Shown here piece by piece: positions 6,585-15,609 of a DNA stretch of 64,000 nt. The notes beneath the pieces were generated by a model that saw only the letters and a list, made by a program, of their open reading frames with translations, did no database searches and was not told the origin of the DNA. Each line of letters opens with the position of its first letter. Position 1 is the stretch's first letter. The stretch lies in IMG/VR virus record IMGVR_UViG_3300021400_001698, positions 1 through 64,000 of that record. The stretch is one strand, 5' to 3'. Source of the DNA: a virus. Its lineage: Duplodnaviria > Caudoviricetes. The position numbers were made by a program, and so were the translations under genes.

Positions 6585-7184
6585 ATGTACGCAATACCTA
6601 CAACTGAAGAATTTAAAAGGGCAAGAACCTACTTAGAAGAATTAGTTGAAAATGGTTTCGGTGATTGGGAATCCATGTCATATTATGAATGGTATAATGC
6701 TTATAGCCATGTGTTAGCAGCCAAAGGTTGGGAAGTTCATGATGGCTGTACTAAATCTGTAGTTATTTTTGATGACTTAAATTGGGTTATTAAATGCGAC
6801 CTTGAGGGTTGTGATTATTGCGAGAAGGAAGTTACAAATTGGGAATGTGCCATTAAAGAAGGGTTCACAACTTACCTTGCAGCGACTTATTTTCTAGATT
6901 GTAAGAATGGAATTAATTTTTATATACAGGAATATGCGGCGAGTGATACAGATTATTATGACTCAAAGTGTTATGAATACTACCATTCTGATTCGGAGTC
7001 AAATGAAGATGAAGACTGGTGGGAACCAGATGATGAAGAAATGGTTGTAGCATTAATTGGTGGGCCGCAGGTAGGTATGTTTATGCGTTTTTGTTGGGAA
7101 TTAGACATTAATGACTTACATGCTGGTAACTTCGGACAGACCCTGGACGGCCGCACGGTTATTTTTGATTACTCAGGCTATTAA
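6585..7184 (+). CDS. atypical protein-kinase-fold enzyme (RIO/APH-like)
   Basis: DGCTKSV glycine-loop-like, VIK lysine, DLHAGN catalytic loop, FDYSG as DFG equivalent; start moved to ATG 6585. Confidence 0.7.
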   Translation: MYAIPTTEEFKRARTYLEELVENGFGDWESMSYYEWYNAYSHVLAAKGWEVHDGCTKSVVIFDDLNWVIKCDLEGCDYCEKEVTNWECAIKEGFTTYLAATYFLDCKNGINFYIQEYAASDTDYYDSKCYEYYHSDSESNEDEDWWEPDDEEMVVALIGGPQVGMFMRFCWELDINDLHAGNFGQTLDGRTVIFDYSGY

Positions 7185-7193
7185 GGAGGAGAA

Positions 7194-7496
7194 ATGAAAG
7201 ACCTTTATAAAACATTAGATTATGCACATGAATTTAAACGTATGTGCCGCAGCCATCACATATGTCAGGGTTGTCCATTACAATATGATATGAATTGTCG
7301 TATTATTACTTCTATAACACCCGCCCGCATTGAAGTTGTAAAAAAGTGGAGCGAGACTCACCCCGAACAACTTAATGGTGAGAAGTTAATAGAAGATTTT
7401 AAAGCTTATTGGGGTCAAGACTTTGATACCGAAGCAGATTATGAACTTTATAAAAACTTATTAACTTGGTTACAGGAAGAGCTTGAGAAAATTTGA
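7194..7496 (+). CDS. hypothetical protein (Cys-rich N-half)
   Basis: AAGGAGG RBS; C-x5-C-x2-C pattern. Confidence 0.75.
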   Translation: MKDLYKTLDYAHEFKRMCRSHHICQGCPLQYDMNCRIITSITPARIEVVKKWSETHPEQLNGEKLIEDFKAYWGQDFDTEADYELYKNLLTWLQEELEKI

Positions 7497-7521
7497 CTTT
7501 TTCTCAAAATTCTTGTATAAT
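7493..7521 (+). promoter_or_regulatory. sigmaA promoter
   Basis: TTGACT-17-TATAAT. Confidence 0.85.
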
Positions 7522-7582
7522 ATATTTAGAAAGAGTTGAGAGAGAAACCTCATAAGTCCTCAGCTTATCGAAAGGAGAACAA

Positions 7583-7894
7583 ATGATAATCACCCCAGAT
7601 TACATCAATACCTATACTCGTATAGTATTAGAACAACCCTTAAAGAATGATAAGTATCTCCGCGAAGAGTATACTCGAAACGGAGCCTTATGGGAGCGAA
7701 TATTCTCCTCAAACTCTTCCTATCATCTCTGTCCGTTTGATGGTTCATTCAGGGACTGTAAGACGTGCGGGCTCGACAGCGAAGACTTTGACATTGCTTA
7801 CTGCCTCTCAAAGCAAGAGTATATCCCAATCTCCACTCTTGTTCGTAGAATAAAGCAGTGTCAAGCTGCGGGCCTGCAAGTAGAGATGTATTAA
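7583..7894 (+). CDS. hypothetical protein (CPFDG...CKTC)
   Basis: AAGGAG RBS, downstream of promoter. Confidence 0.75.
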   Translation: MIITPDYINTYTRIVLEQPLKNDKYLREEYTRNGALWERIFSSNSSYHLCPFDGSFRDCKTCGLDSEDFDIAYCLSKQEYIPISTLVRRIKQCQAAGLQVEMY

Positions 7895-7921
7895 CAATTT
7901 ATGAAATAGAAAGGAGACTTT

Positions 7922-8197
7922 ATGGATTTTTATCTTTTTGAAGTAACACTTAAATCTCAACTTGATTATGTAAATTATTATGAACATGGGGTCTTATATG
8001 CCGAGAGTTACGAAGAAGCCTTGGATAAACTAAAGAAGTTTTATAAGGATGATGACATTGAAGAGATTAATTTAAAGTTTTATTCTAGTGAGGGCGTGTG
8101 CGTTCTTTCGCCCGTACAGGTTGATGAAGTCGAAACTTTATTCGATGAAGTTGAGGGCGGCCGCACATATACAATTAACTTAGAAAACATTTCATAA
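7922..8197 (+). CDS. hypothetical acidic protein
   Basis: AAGGAG RBS. Confidence 0.75.
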   Translation: MDFYLFEVTLKSQLDYVNYYEHGVLYAESYEEALDKLKKFYKDDDIEEINLKFYSSEGVCVLSPVQVDEVETLFDEVEGGRTYTINLENIS

Positions 8198-8211
8198 ATT
8201 AATAGGAATGC

Positions 8212-8240
8212 AAACCACTAGTTTTTACTAGTGGTTTTTT
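8212..8240 (+). terminator. intrinsic terminator
   Basis: AAACCACTAGT...ACTAGTGGTTT plus T-tract. Confidence 0.85.
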
Positions 8241-8256
8241 ATTGGAGAAAAATAAT

Positions 8257-8285
8257 TTGAAATTTTTTAATTTTTCTGATATAAT
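8257..8285 (+). promoter_or_regulatory. sigmaA promoter
   Basis: TTGAAA-17-TATAAT followed by ATATATAGAAAG. Confidence 0.8.
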
Positions 8286-8318
8286 ATATATAGAAAGTAA
8301 GAAAGGAGAAAATTTTAA

Positions 8319-8552
8319 ATGGAGCTTACTAACAAGGAAATCAAAACGCTTAGAGCGGTGTTATATGACTTAACTACAACTTTTCAGGACTATGAGTTAA
8401 ATAGATTTATGGGTTCAGAAACAATAAAGGAAATGAAGGCACTTCAGCAGAAACTTTATTATTCTGATTATTGTAAGGAGCATGGAATTGCTTATGAAGA
8501 TATGACAGAAGATGATTTTATGCAGGAATATGAGGAAAGGATGTGTTGGTAG
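8319..8552 (+). CDS. hypothetical protein
   Basis: AAGGAG RBS. Confidence 0.75.
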   Translation: MELTNKEIKTLRAVLYDLTTTFQDYELNRFMGSETIKEMKALQQKLYYSDYCKEHGIAYEDMTEDDFMQEYEERMCW

Positions 8553-8553
8553 A

Positions 8554-8868
8554 ATGAGCGGCGGACTTTATGACTATCAAGATACATATCTGAAGAGTGA
8601 AATTTTCGGTTGGGAAAGAGAAAAAGGTAATGTATTCGAGGATATAGAAATTACTGAACTTATCTATGATGTGTTTGAACTGATTCATAGCTTTGATTGG
8701 TATAAGAGTGGTGATACAGATAGGGAAGATTATCTCGAAGCAAAAGCACTTTTTAAAGCTAAGTGGTTTGCAGACTCAAATGATAGGGTGCAAGAAATTG
8801 TAGATAAGGCAATTGGAAATTTAAAAGATGAGTTATATGAAACTTTTGGGGTTGAAAGGAACTTATAA
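8554..8868 (+). CDS. hypothetical phage protein (MSGGLYDY...)
   Basis: Start moved to ATG 8554; N-terminal MSGG-x-Y pattern is common in phage ORFs. Confidence 0.7.
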   Translation: MSGGLYDYQDTYLKSEIFGWEREKGNVFEDIEITELIYDVFELIHSFDWYKSGDTDREDYLEAKALFKAKWFADSNDRVQEIVDKAIGNLKDELYETFGVERNL

Positions 8869-8869
8869 A

Positions 8870-9199
8870 ATGAATGATTATAAAGTAGTATTAAAATATA
8901 AAAGACATGGAGTGACAGATGTCATTGAAACTTGGGATTCTAGTGGTGAAACTGGAATAGAAGCTTCTCAAAAAGCCAAAGAATGTCTTGAGCGTTATAA
9001 TAAAAGTTTTGATCCTGAAGCTGGTCCCGTATATATAGTAGAAGCATATCCAGTACATGAAGTAAAGACTGTAAGAGTTTGTCTTGGCGATAATTATATA
9101 GAATATGAAGAAGAGAATTTTGCAGATTTAAATAAAGAAGATTTTTATAAACAGGTTACAGAATATGTAATGAGTAATATATCAGTTGAGATAATTTAG
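8870..9199 (+). CDS. hypothetical protein
   Basis: Start at ATG 8870 after AAAGGA. Confidence 0.7.
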   Translation: MNDYKVVLKYKRHGVTDVIETWDSSGETGIEASQKAKECLERYNKSFDPEAGPVYIVEAYPVHEVKTVRVCLGDNYIEYEEENFADLNKEDFYKQVTEYVMSNISVEII

Positions 9200-9213
9200 G
9201 AAAGGAAATTAAG

Positions 9214-9423
9214 ATGACTGTATGGGAAACTGTTGCAAAAAAATATCAAGAAGCTACTGGTGCATATATAGATTGGGAAGAAAGATTTTTTGAGTGTGGG
9301 GAATGCGCACTTGAACCCATATATGAGGAAGATTATAATTCATATGAGGACTTTTATGATGATGAAGGTAATATAATTTGTCCGGTATGTGGGGAGATTT
9401 TGGTCGAAGCTGAAGATTTATAA
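9214..9423 (+). CDS. small zinc-ribbon protein
   Basis: CGEC...CPVC. Confidence 0.75.
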   Translation: MTVWETVAKKYQEATGAYIDWEERFFECGECALEPIYEEDYNSYEDFYDDEGNIICPVCGEILVEAEDL

Positions 9424-9433
9424 AGGAGTTTAT

Positions 9434-10324
9434 ATGAGTTACTTAGTGACAAATCCTAATGGCGCGACAGTTACAGTTTTTGCACCTTATGATTGCAAGA
9501 ATAACTGTCCGTTCTGTGTGAATAAAAAAGAATATAAAGATAATCCAGTCTTTGATATAGATAAAGTTGAAGATTCTATGATGATAATGAATGTGGTTTC
9601 ACCTAATTGTGATTTCGTAATTACTGGCGGAGAGCCGCTTGCAGATTTAAATCTATTTGATAGGATAGTCAATCTTGTTCGTAAGATGAATGCAGTGGGC
9701 GCGCATCATAAGCTGTTTGTAAATACAACTTTGCCAGTTAAGGTAGAAGATATTTTTCAGTTGAATTCATATGCTGATGTAATTACAGGCTTTAATATCT
9801 CACGTCATATAGGAAAGTATACCCATGAGAACGGTCGCGAACTTATAGACTTACTTAGAATTCCTGTAAGAATCAATTGCGTCTTATATAATGTTAAAGA
9901 TGTAGATGGGATTTGGGATTTTATAGATGAATATGATGGCTATGCTATTCAGTTTAGAGAAAATTATTTAGGAATTTATCCTTATAATGTATATAGTTCA
10001 AGTAAGATATTCGATGCACTTTATGAAAAGTTTGCAGAAAAGATAGAAGGATTTACTACCTATCATTATCAAAGAGATACTTTCCGTTGGAGCGTTGAGC
10101 TTGTGCCAAATATTTATTTTCATAGAACTGCTTGCTTCTCTACAGTATGGACTAAAGATGGACATCAGATGGTTAATGATGTAATAATCGACCCAAGAGG
10201 AGAGATATTAGGCGACTGGAATGGATATGGTGAGAAGTTAAAAGTAATTGAATACTATGAAGCTATGGGAAATGCTGAAAGAATGAGTAAGATTTTACCT
10301 TTGCTTATTGAAAAGAAGATATAA
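9434..10324 (+). CDS. radical SAM enzyme, substrate unknown
   Basis: CKNNCPFC (CxxxCxxC) and ITGGEP motif; start at ATG 9434 after AAGGAG. Confidence 0.85.
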   Translation: MSYLVTNPNGATVTVFAPYDCKNNCPFCVNKKEYKDNPVFDIDKVEDSMMIMNVVSPNCDFVITGGEPLADLNLFDRIVNLVRKMNAVGAHHKLFVNTTLPVKVEDIFQLNSYADVITGFNISRHIGKYTHENGRELIDLLRIPVRINCVLYNVKDVDGIWDFIDEYDGYAIQFRENYLGIYPYNVYSSSKIFDALYEKFAEKIEGFTTYHYQRDTFRWSVELVPNIYFHRTACFSTVWTKDGHQMVNDVIIDPRGEILGDWNGYGEKLKVIEYYEAMGNAERMSKILPLLIEKKI

Positions 10325-10335
10325 AGGAGAGAATA

Positions 10336-10485
10336 ATGTTTAGTGATTCCAAATTTTTCCAATATATTTTATTAGTTGTCTGTTGGGTAGCTTGTACTGT
10401 AGGCTATGTAAAAGAACTATATCCTCCTGGAATAGTGCCAATTGCATCTATGATATTAATTGTAGGTGGTATTATTATAAATAAA
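10336..10485 (+). CDS. small membrane protein (49 aa)
   Basis: AAGGAG RBS; two hydrophobic segments. Confidence 0.6.
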
Positions 10486-10582
10486 AGTTAGATGTATACG
10501 CGCGGCGGGTCGTAAATTTACGGGAAAAATAACGCTCGGCCGCACATAACTATCAACTTGAACGTAGAAATTTTCTAGAAAG

Positions 10583-10924
10583 GTGTATAATATGAATGAT
10601 TTAAATATGGTAATAGAAGAGTTATGTGAAAAATTTAATTGTACTTTAAATGAGTTAATACCTGCATATGCACACTATAAAATTGTTGGTTGTACTGTAG
10701 CATTAGTAATCTTTATATTAATTCTTGTGGCTTGTATTATCTGGTTGAAAGCATATATGCATAAGAAATACTTAATTAAAGATGAATATTTTTATGAAAT
10801 TAATGCTTGGCTTAGTGTTGTAGGTATTATAATTAGTGTTATAATAGTTATTGCATCGGTATTTGACCTTATTATGTGGATAACAATGCCGCAGATGCAA
10901 TTTCTTAATACTATTTGTGGGTAA
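10583..10924 (+). CDS. membrane protein (2 TM)
   Basis: ORF track; hydrophobic helices; start may be ATG 10592. Confidence 0.75.
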   Translation: MYNMNDLNMVIEELCEKFNCTLNELIPAYAHYKIVGCTVALVIFILILVACIIWLKAYMHKKYLIKDEYFYEINAWLSVVGIIISVIIVIASVFDLIMWITMPQMQFLNTICG

Positions 10925-10930
10925 ATTAAG

Positions 10931-10957
10931 AGTTGGTCTTTATGACCAACTTTTTTT
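10931..10957 (+). terminator. intrinsic terminator
   Basis: AGTTGGTC-TTTAT-GACCAACT plus T-tract. Confidence 0.85.
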
Positions 10958-11347
10958 ATTGCAATAATTTTCTAAAATTTTGGGAGTTCATGACGCTAAT
11001 TTACGGGCGGCCGCACATAAACGTCCAAAAATTTTTCAAAAACTTGTAATATTGGGATTAATTTTGGGAGAAATAATTTTGGGAGGTTCTATTGGCTAAT
11101 AATTTTGTAGAAATTTTCCAACTTATAAAAATTTCAAAAATTTTTCAAAATTCGTGTCTCAAAAAAATTGTAGAAACTTTTACTAAATTCTACTTATAAT
11201 CGTATTAAGAAAACTTATAATTATTACTTATATATATTACTTATAAGTAATACTTATATATATAACCAAATCAAATCCAAAAAGAAGTCAACCGCGTGCG
11301 AAGAATTAGCAAGGTCCAACGGACCGCAGTCTAATTCGAGCCGCGGA

Positions 11348-11653
11348 CTTCAACGGTTAACCTTAACGGTCAACTTATAAGTATATATATAATTATAACC
11401 TAAACGGTCAGCATATAAACGCGGCTTCATAAACGAACTACCTCAACGATTAACCTAAACGGTCAACTTAAACGGTTAACTTAAACTCAGCTTATAAGTA
11501 TACTTATATATAATACGACCGATGTATAAATTCTACTTATATATATAACCTAGCTTTTACTTAACCTAAACTTAACGGAGTTAACCTAACTGGGTCAGCT
11601 TAACTGGCCTGGCTTAACTGGCTAAACCTAACTAGTTGAACCTAACTGGCTAA
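11348..11653. repeat. iteron-like tandem repeats (6 x 13 bp CYTHAACGGTYAA; 6 x about 14 bp CYTAACTGG-type)
   Basis: 13-mers at 11348, 11361, 11399, 11441, 11454, 11467; 14-mers in tandem at 11571-11653. Confidence 0.8.
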
Positions 11654-11913
11654 CTTATAAGTTCTACTTATAAGTTATACTTATAAGTAAAGGCTATATG
11701 ACTGCGGACGTCGTGAAAACACAGCTGATAGGGCACTGACAGGGATGGAGTAATGATGGTACTATGGTAAAAAATGGCTGCCACATACACGCAAAAAAGT
11801 CAAATTTTATATAAAAAATGCTAACTTTTTACTATAAAAACTTTAAAAATGTTCGGATTTTCTATTAAAAACTTGAAATTTTTTGTCAAATTTTAAATAT
11901 ATATTTATATAAT

Positions 11914-11942
11914 AAAAAGACCGACGTTTAAGTCGGTCTTTT
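11914..11942. terminator. bidirectional terminator ending the minus-strand array
   Basis: AAAAAGACCGAC-GTTTAA-GTCGGTCTTTT. Confidence 0.85.
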
Positions 11943-11971
11943 ACGTATTACTTATAAGTTATACTTATAAG

Positions 11972-12307
11972 TTAAGCTCTTGTGTAGCCCTTGCACTTAC
12001 CCTTAGGACCCTTTACGTCCTGAGATACTGCAGCTCCCTGGCTTACTGCGGTTCTTGCGAGTGCGGAAGCCTTCTGAGGAGAAACCTCAAGTGCAGCTGC
12101 AATGTCAGTTGCGGTAAGCGGCTCATCGGTCAGCATCTCTACGAGCTTCTCTACGAGAGGTGCATTCTCCTGTGCTTTCTTGGAGACCTTCTCACGTCTT
12201 GCGGCGTTAGCTGCGTCCATCTTCTCGATGAGTTCCTGAGCCTTAGCGATAACTTCTTCGTTGATTGTTCCTGCTACGATTGTCTGATAAAATTCTCTCT
12301 GTGTCAT
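11972..12307 (-). CDS. winged-helix DNA-binding protein, paralogue 1
   Basis: MTQREFY start after AGAAGGA; LTATDIAAALEVSPQKASAL HTH; similar to 14782 and 18677 genes. Confidence 0.75.
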   Translation of the reverse strand: MTQREFYQTIVAGTINEEVIAKAQELIEKMDAANAARREKVSKKAQENAPLVEKLVEMLTDEPLTATDIAAALEVSPQKASALARTAVSQGAAVSQDVKGPKGKCKGYTRA

Positions 12308-12537
12308 TTTTAAATCCTTCTTTCTTGCGTAGGCCGCAACCCAGTTACGTTTGTGAATTTTTAATTTTATGAGAGAGGTTTCTTCTCTCACTTTCTATAT
12401 ATATTATAGCAGAATTTTCAGAACTTTTCAAATTTTCAGTTCTTATTTCCGCTCCGAAGATTCGAATAGATTATTTGTTTTCTTCTCTCATCTTCTATAA
12501 ATAGTATATCAAAAATTTGAAGCTTTTTCAAATTTTC

Positions 12538-12699
12538 GCAGCTCCTATAATTTTATATAAAGAAAATTTGACTTTAAAAATCAAATTTTGACGCAGCTCT
12601 CACGGGAAATAATAAAAAAATTTGACAAAAAAAGTCAAATTTCCATAGCAGCTCTATGTGCAGCTCCCAGCTCCGACGCAGCTCCTATAGGCGCAGCTC
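12538..12699. repeat. clustered GCAGCTC repeats
   Basis: GCAGCTC at 12538, 12593, 12648, 12660, 12678, 12693 and CAGCTC at 12668. Confidence 0.75.
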
Positions 12700-12910
12700 C
12701 TGGACGCGGCCACATACACATACGACACCTACGATGGCTACGGCGCTGCACCTGTGCATATTGTATACTGTATATTGTATACACAAATGGAAATTTGACT
12801 TTGTTAAAAATTTGACGAGGGCCGGCCAGTTTATACCCGGGGATCGGCCGGCCCGTGGTTTACATAATATATATATTGTAAACCCGTTGGTTGACATAAA
12901 AAAAGAGAGG

Positions 12911-13273
12911 TTAACCCTCTCTCTTCGCGGATATTTCCGCTTTGCGCTTGCGCACTTCCGCATCGCGCGCCACCTTTTTGGCTTTGCGTTCCGCGTTCTC
13001 GCGCGCCTTTTCCGCTTTGGCTTTGCACGACATCTCGTAGTCCTCCGCCATCGCGTACCCATCATATGGGGTCATACCCTTGTCCGCACCTGTGGGGACT
13101 TTAAAGGTGATAACGAGGAAGTCCTCGTTGCCCTCGCACCCTACTACAGGTAGTGCGATTTCGTTGGATTTCACGCGCAACACCTCATTATCTTGTGCGG
13201 TGAGGAATGCGGAAACGGATTCGAGGAACTGCGCGCGGATAAGTTCGCGCTCGGATTTTCTTGATACTGCCAT
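12911..13273 (-). CDS. hypothetical protein with basic C-terminal helix, paralogue of 17417-17773
   Basis: Shared VLRVKSNEIA.PVVGCEGNEDF.VIT.KVPTGADKGMTPYDGYAMAE. Confidence 0.85.
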   Translation of the reverse strand: MAVSRKSERELIRAQFLESVSAFLTAQDNEVLRVKSNEIALPVVGCEGNEDFLVITFKVPTGADKGMTPYDGYAMAEDYEMSCKAKAEKARENAERKAKKVARDAEVRKRKAEISAKREG

Positions 13274-13618
13274 ATGGAGTACCCCCTTTCTTTTATTTTC
13301 TATAGTAATTATAGCAAAATTTTACGGATTTGTCAAGGGAATTTGAAAAGTATTTTGTATACATTGGCTTTGCAATATAATAATTATGTAAACCTAATAG
13401 ATTGTAAATCGCAATTAGACGATGTGGTGGGCCGGCCCGGGACGATCTGCGGCCCGGCATCAACTATTCCGCATAAATTAATTTTAGGAATAGTTGCGGC
13501 CGAGATAAACCCATTGGATACGCAAGTTTAAACTAACTATTCCTATAAAACTAATTTTCGGAATAGTTGCACCGGATCGACCGGCCGTGAACATATGTTT
13601 GCATAAAAAAAAGACGAC

Positions 13619-13882
13619 TTAATCGTCGTCCTCTTCTTCATCATCACAATCATAAATTTTAAAGTCATTAACCTTAAGGTCATACCAATTAGTTTCAAAA
13701 GTTATTCCTACTTTTTCCCATTTTTCAATAAAGGCGTTGAGTTCTTCTACTGCTTGTTTTTTGAGTTCATATCTACGTCTTTTAAATTCTTCTTCAATAT
13801 CTTTCTGAATTTGCCGAAGGTCTTCTTCTGCAATTTCATTAAGGTTACAAGTTGACAGTTCATCAAATAATTCGTATGCCAT
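13619..13882 (-). CDS. hypothetical acidic protein
   Basis: Start moved to MAYEL after AAGGAG. Confidence 0.75.
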   Translation of the reverse strand: MAYELFDELSTCNLNEIAEEDLRQIQKDIEEEFKRRRYELKKQAVEELNAFIEKWEKVGITFETNWYDLKVNDFKIYDCDDEEEDDD

Positions 13883-13896
13883 TTTTATCTCCTTTC

Positions 13897-14094
13897 TTAA
13901 ATTATACTCCAAACGATTTCCTCAACTTCTGAAATTTCTTTTTTTGTATATTCATTATCATTGATTTCAACCGTTTCTATTTCTTCATTAAGCATTGCGG
14001 TATCAATTTCATCTATTAACTTATGAAATTTTCTAATGATTTCTTTTTCTTCGCTTGTAAATTCAACTCTCATTTGCTTGGTTATAATAGTCAT
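13897..14094 (-). CDS. hypothetical protein
   Basis: AAGGAG RBS. Confidence 0.75.
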   Translation of the reverse strand: MTIITKQMRVEFTSEEKEIIRKFHKLIDEIDTAMLNEEIETVEINDNEYTKKEISEVEEIVWSII

Positions 14095-14111
14095 TTTTTT
14101 ATCTCCTTTCT

Positions 14112-14342
14112 TTACTCTATTATATCACTTGGTTCTTCTATTGTCAAGAGATATTTTTGAAAATCTTCTATTTCATCTGTTTCAATAAGATGTTCAACAT
14201 ATACACGAGTCAATCCCTCATCAGTATAAACATTAACTTGTCCACCGCCCCACTCATATTTATCTTGCATATATTTTATAAAGGCATAACCATCTGTTTC
14301 TTTAGTTGAAAAAGTATATTTATCTGTTTTTATCATTAACAT
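14112..14342 (-). CDS. hypothetical protein
   Basis: AAGGAG RBS, own sigmaA promoter. Confidence 0.75.
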   Translation of the reverse strand: MLMIKTDKYTFSTKETDGYAFIKYMQDKYEWGGGQVNVYTDEGLTRVYVEHLIETDEIEDFQKYLLTIEEPSDIIE

Positions 14343-14396
14343 TTTTTTATCTCCTTTCTTATTACACTAATAGTATAACATATAATGCTTTAAAAG

Positions 14397-14573
14397 TCAA
14401 GAGGAATAATCAATTTTTATTCCAAATTCTTCCATTACTTGAGCAATTATCCAAATTAAATCATTTGGGGTTTCAATTATAAGTTTATTATTTTCTATTG
14501 TAAATTTTTCTTGCCACGCATTCATTACTTGAAAAGTGGTATGAGTTAAATCGTCAGTATATTTAATTGTCAT
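14397..14573 (-). CDS. hypothetical protein (58 aa, MTIKYTDDLT...)
   Basis: AAGGAG RBS and own promoter; below the ORF-track cutoff. Confidence 0.7.
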   Translation of the reverse strand: MTIKYTDDLTHTTFQVMNAWQEKFTIENNKLIIETPNDLIWIIAQVMEEFGIKIDYSS

Positions 14574-14781
14574 TTTTATCTCCTTTCTTATTACATTTAT
14601 ATTATATATTATAGGAACGAATTTGTCAACCCCTAAATTAAAAAATTTTTAACTGTTAAAAAATTCACAAGTGCGCCGGCCCGTAATTTTACTCGTCCGG
14701 CCGCGAACATACGTTCTTTGTTTGTTAATTAACAAACAAAGTAAAAGGAAAGAAAAGGACACCTTGCGGTGTCCCTATCTC

Positions 14782-15099
14782 TTAAAGGGAGTATGCGTTC
14801 TGCTCACCCTTACCCTTTACCTTTACCTTTGTAACCTTTACGCCCTCGATTCTCTTTACAAGACCGCTTACCTTCTGTGTTGAGAATCCCGTTGCGGTTG
14901 CAATCTCACTTGCAAGCATCGGAGTTTCGGTGAGTACATTTGCGATTGCGACTCTCTCGTCTGCGTGCTTGTCAACTCTCTGTTCTGCTCTCTTTGAGTT
15001 GCGTGCGTCAAGTTTCTCGATTGATTCTGTTGCGTGTGCGATAACTTCTGCGTTGATTTCTCCGTTGATAACTGCGTTGAAAAATTCTCTCTGTGTCAT
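14782..15099 (-). CDS. winged-helix DNA-binding protein, paralogue 2
   Basis: MTQREFF start; MLASEIATATGFSTQKVSGL HTH. Confidence 0.75.
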   Translation of the reverse strand: MTQREFFNAVINGEINAEVIAHATESIEKLDARNSKRAEQRVDKHADERVAIANVLTETPMLASEIATATGFSTQKVSGLVKRIEGVKVTKVKVKGKGEQNAYSL

Positions 15100-15240
15100 T
15101 TTAGACTCTCTTTCTCCCATCACTTCGGTAGTGGGCAACCAAGTTTCAATTGAGTTTGGGAGTTACTTTTCTCTCCCTTTTGTACTTTTATTATATCACC
15201 TTTTAAAAGGTTTGTCAAGAGGGTTTTAAAACTTTTTTAA

Positions 15241-15334
15241 AAGTTTTTAGTGGGACTACGTTTCATATCTACTGACCACTATTTCGATATAAAAGGTGAG
15301 GCAAGTTAACGTCTGATGCTCGACCCCTCTTGAC
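15241..15334 (-). ncRNA. promoter-driven small RNA candidate A
   Basis: TTGACA(15364-69)-17-TACAAT(15341-46); about 95 nt without RBS/ORF before the next promoter. Confidence 0.5.
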
Positions 15335-15384
15335 AATTATATTGTATCACCTTTTGGTGAATTTGTCAAGAGGTTTTCTAAAAA

Positions 15385-15468
15385 ATTTTTAGAAGTGAGA
15401 TTCGAACTCATATAATGCCGTTCAGTCAAGTCTTGCTTGCTTACTACACATCGCCATTCCCTCTTGAC
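15385..15468 (-). ncRNA. promoter-driven small RNA candidate B with T-arm
   Basis: TTGACA(15498-503)-17-TACAAT(15475-80); contains TGAG-TTCGAAT-CTCA. Confidence 0.55.
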
Positions 15469-15522
15469 AATTATATTGTATCACATTTCTGTGGTACTGT
15501 CAAGTACTTTTTTAAAAAGTTT

Positions 15523-15609
15523 AGAGAGAATTTGGATTTGAACCATCGGTGGCCACTTTATTGACTCGAACAATCGCCCTACCTTTTAGGGATTCTCTCT
15601 TCACTTTCT
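15523..15609 (-). ncRNA. promoter-driven small RNA candidate C, double-T-arm tRNA mimic
   Basis: TTGACT(15639-44)-17-TATAAT; 9-bp closing stem AGAGAGAAT/ATTCTCTCT enclosing CCCTA/TAGGG hairpin, ATTG-TTCGAGT-CAAT and TGG-TTCAAAT-CCA. Confidence 0.65.

Noticed and set aside
11348-11653. Possible CRISPR array
   Set aside because: Units are 13-14 bp and directly tandem, without unique 30-40-bp spacers
12588-13153. Long GC-rich ORFs 12588-12815, 12656-13153, 12685-13065, 12831-13028
   Set aside because: Shadow frames over a repeat region and the real minus-strand gene 12911-13273, which has an RBS, promoter and paralogue
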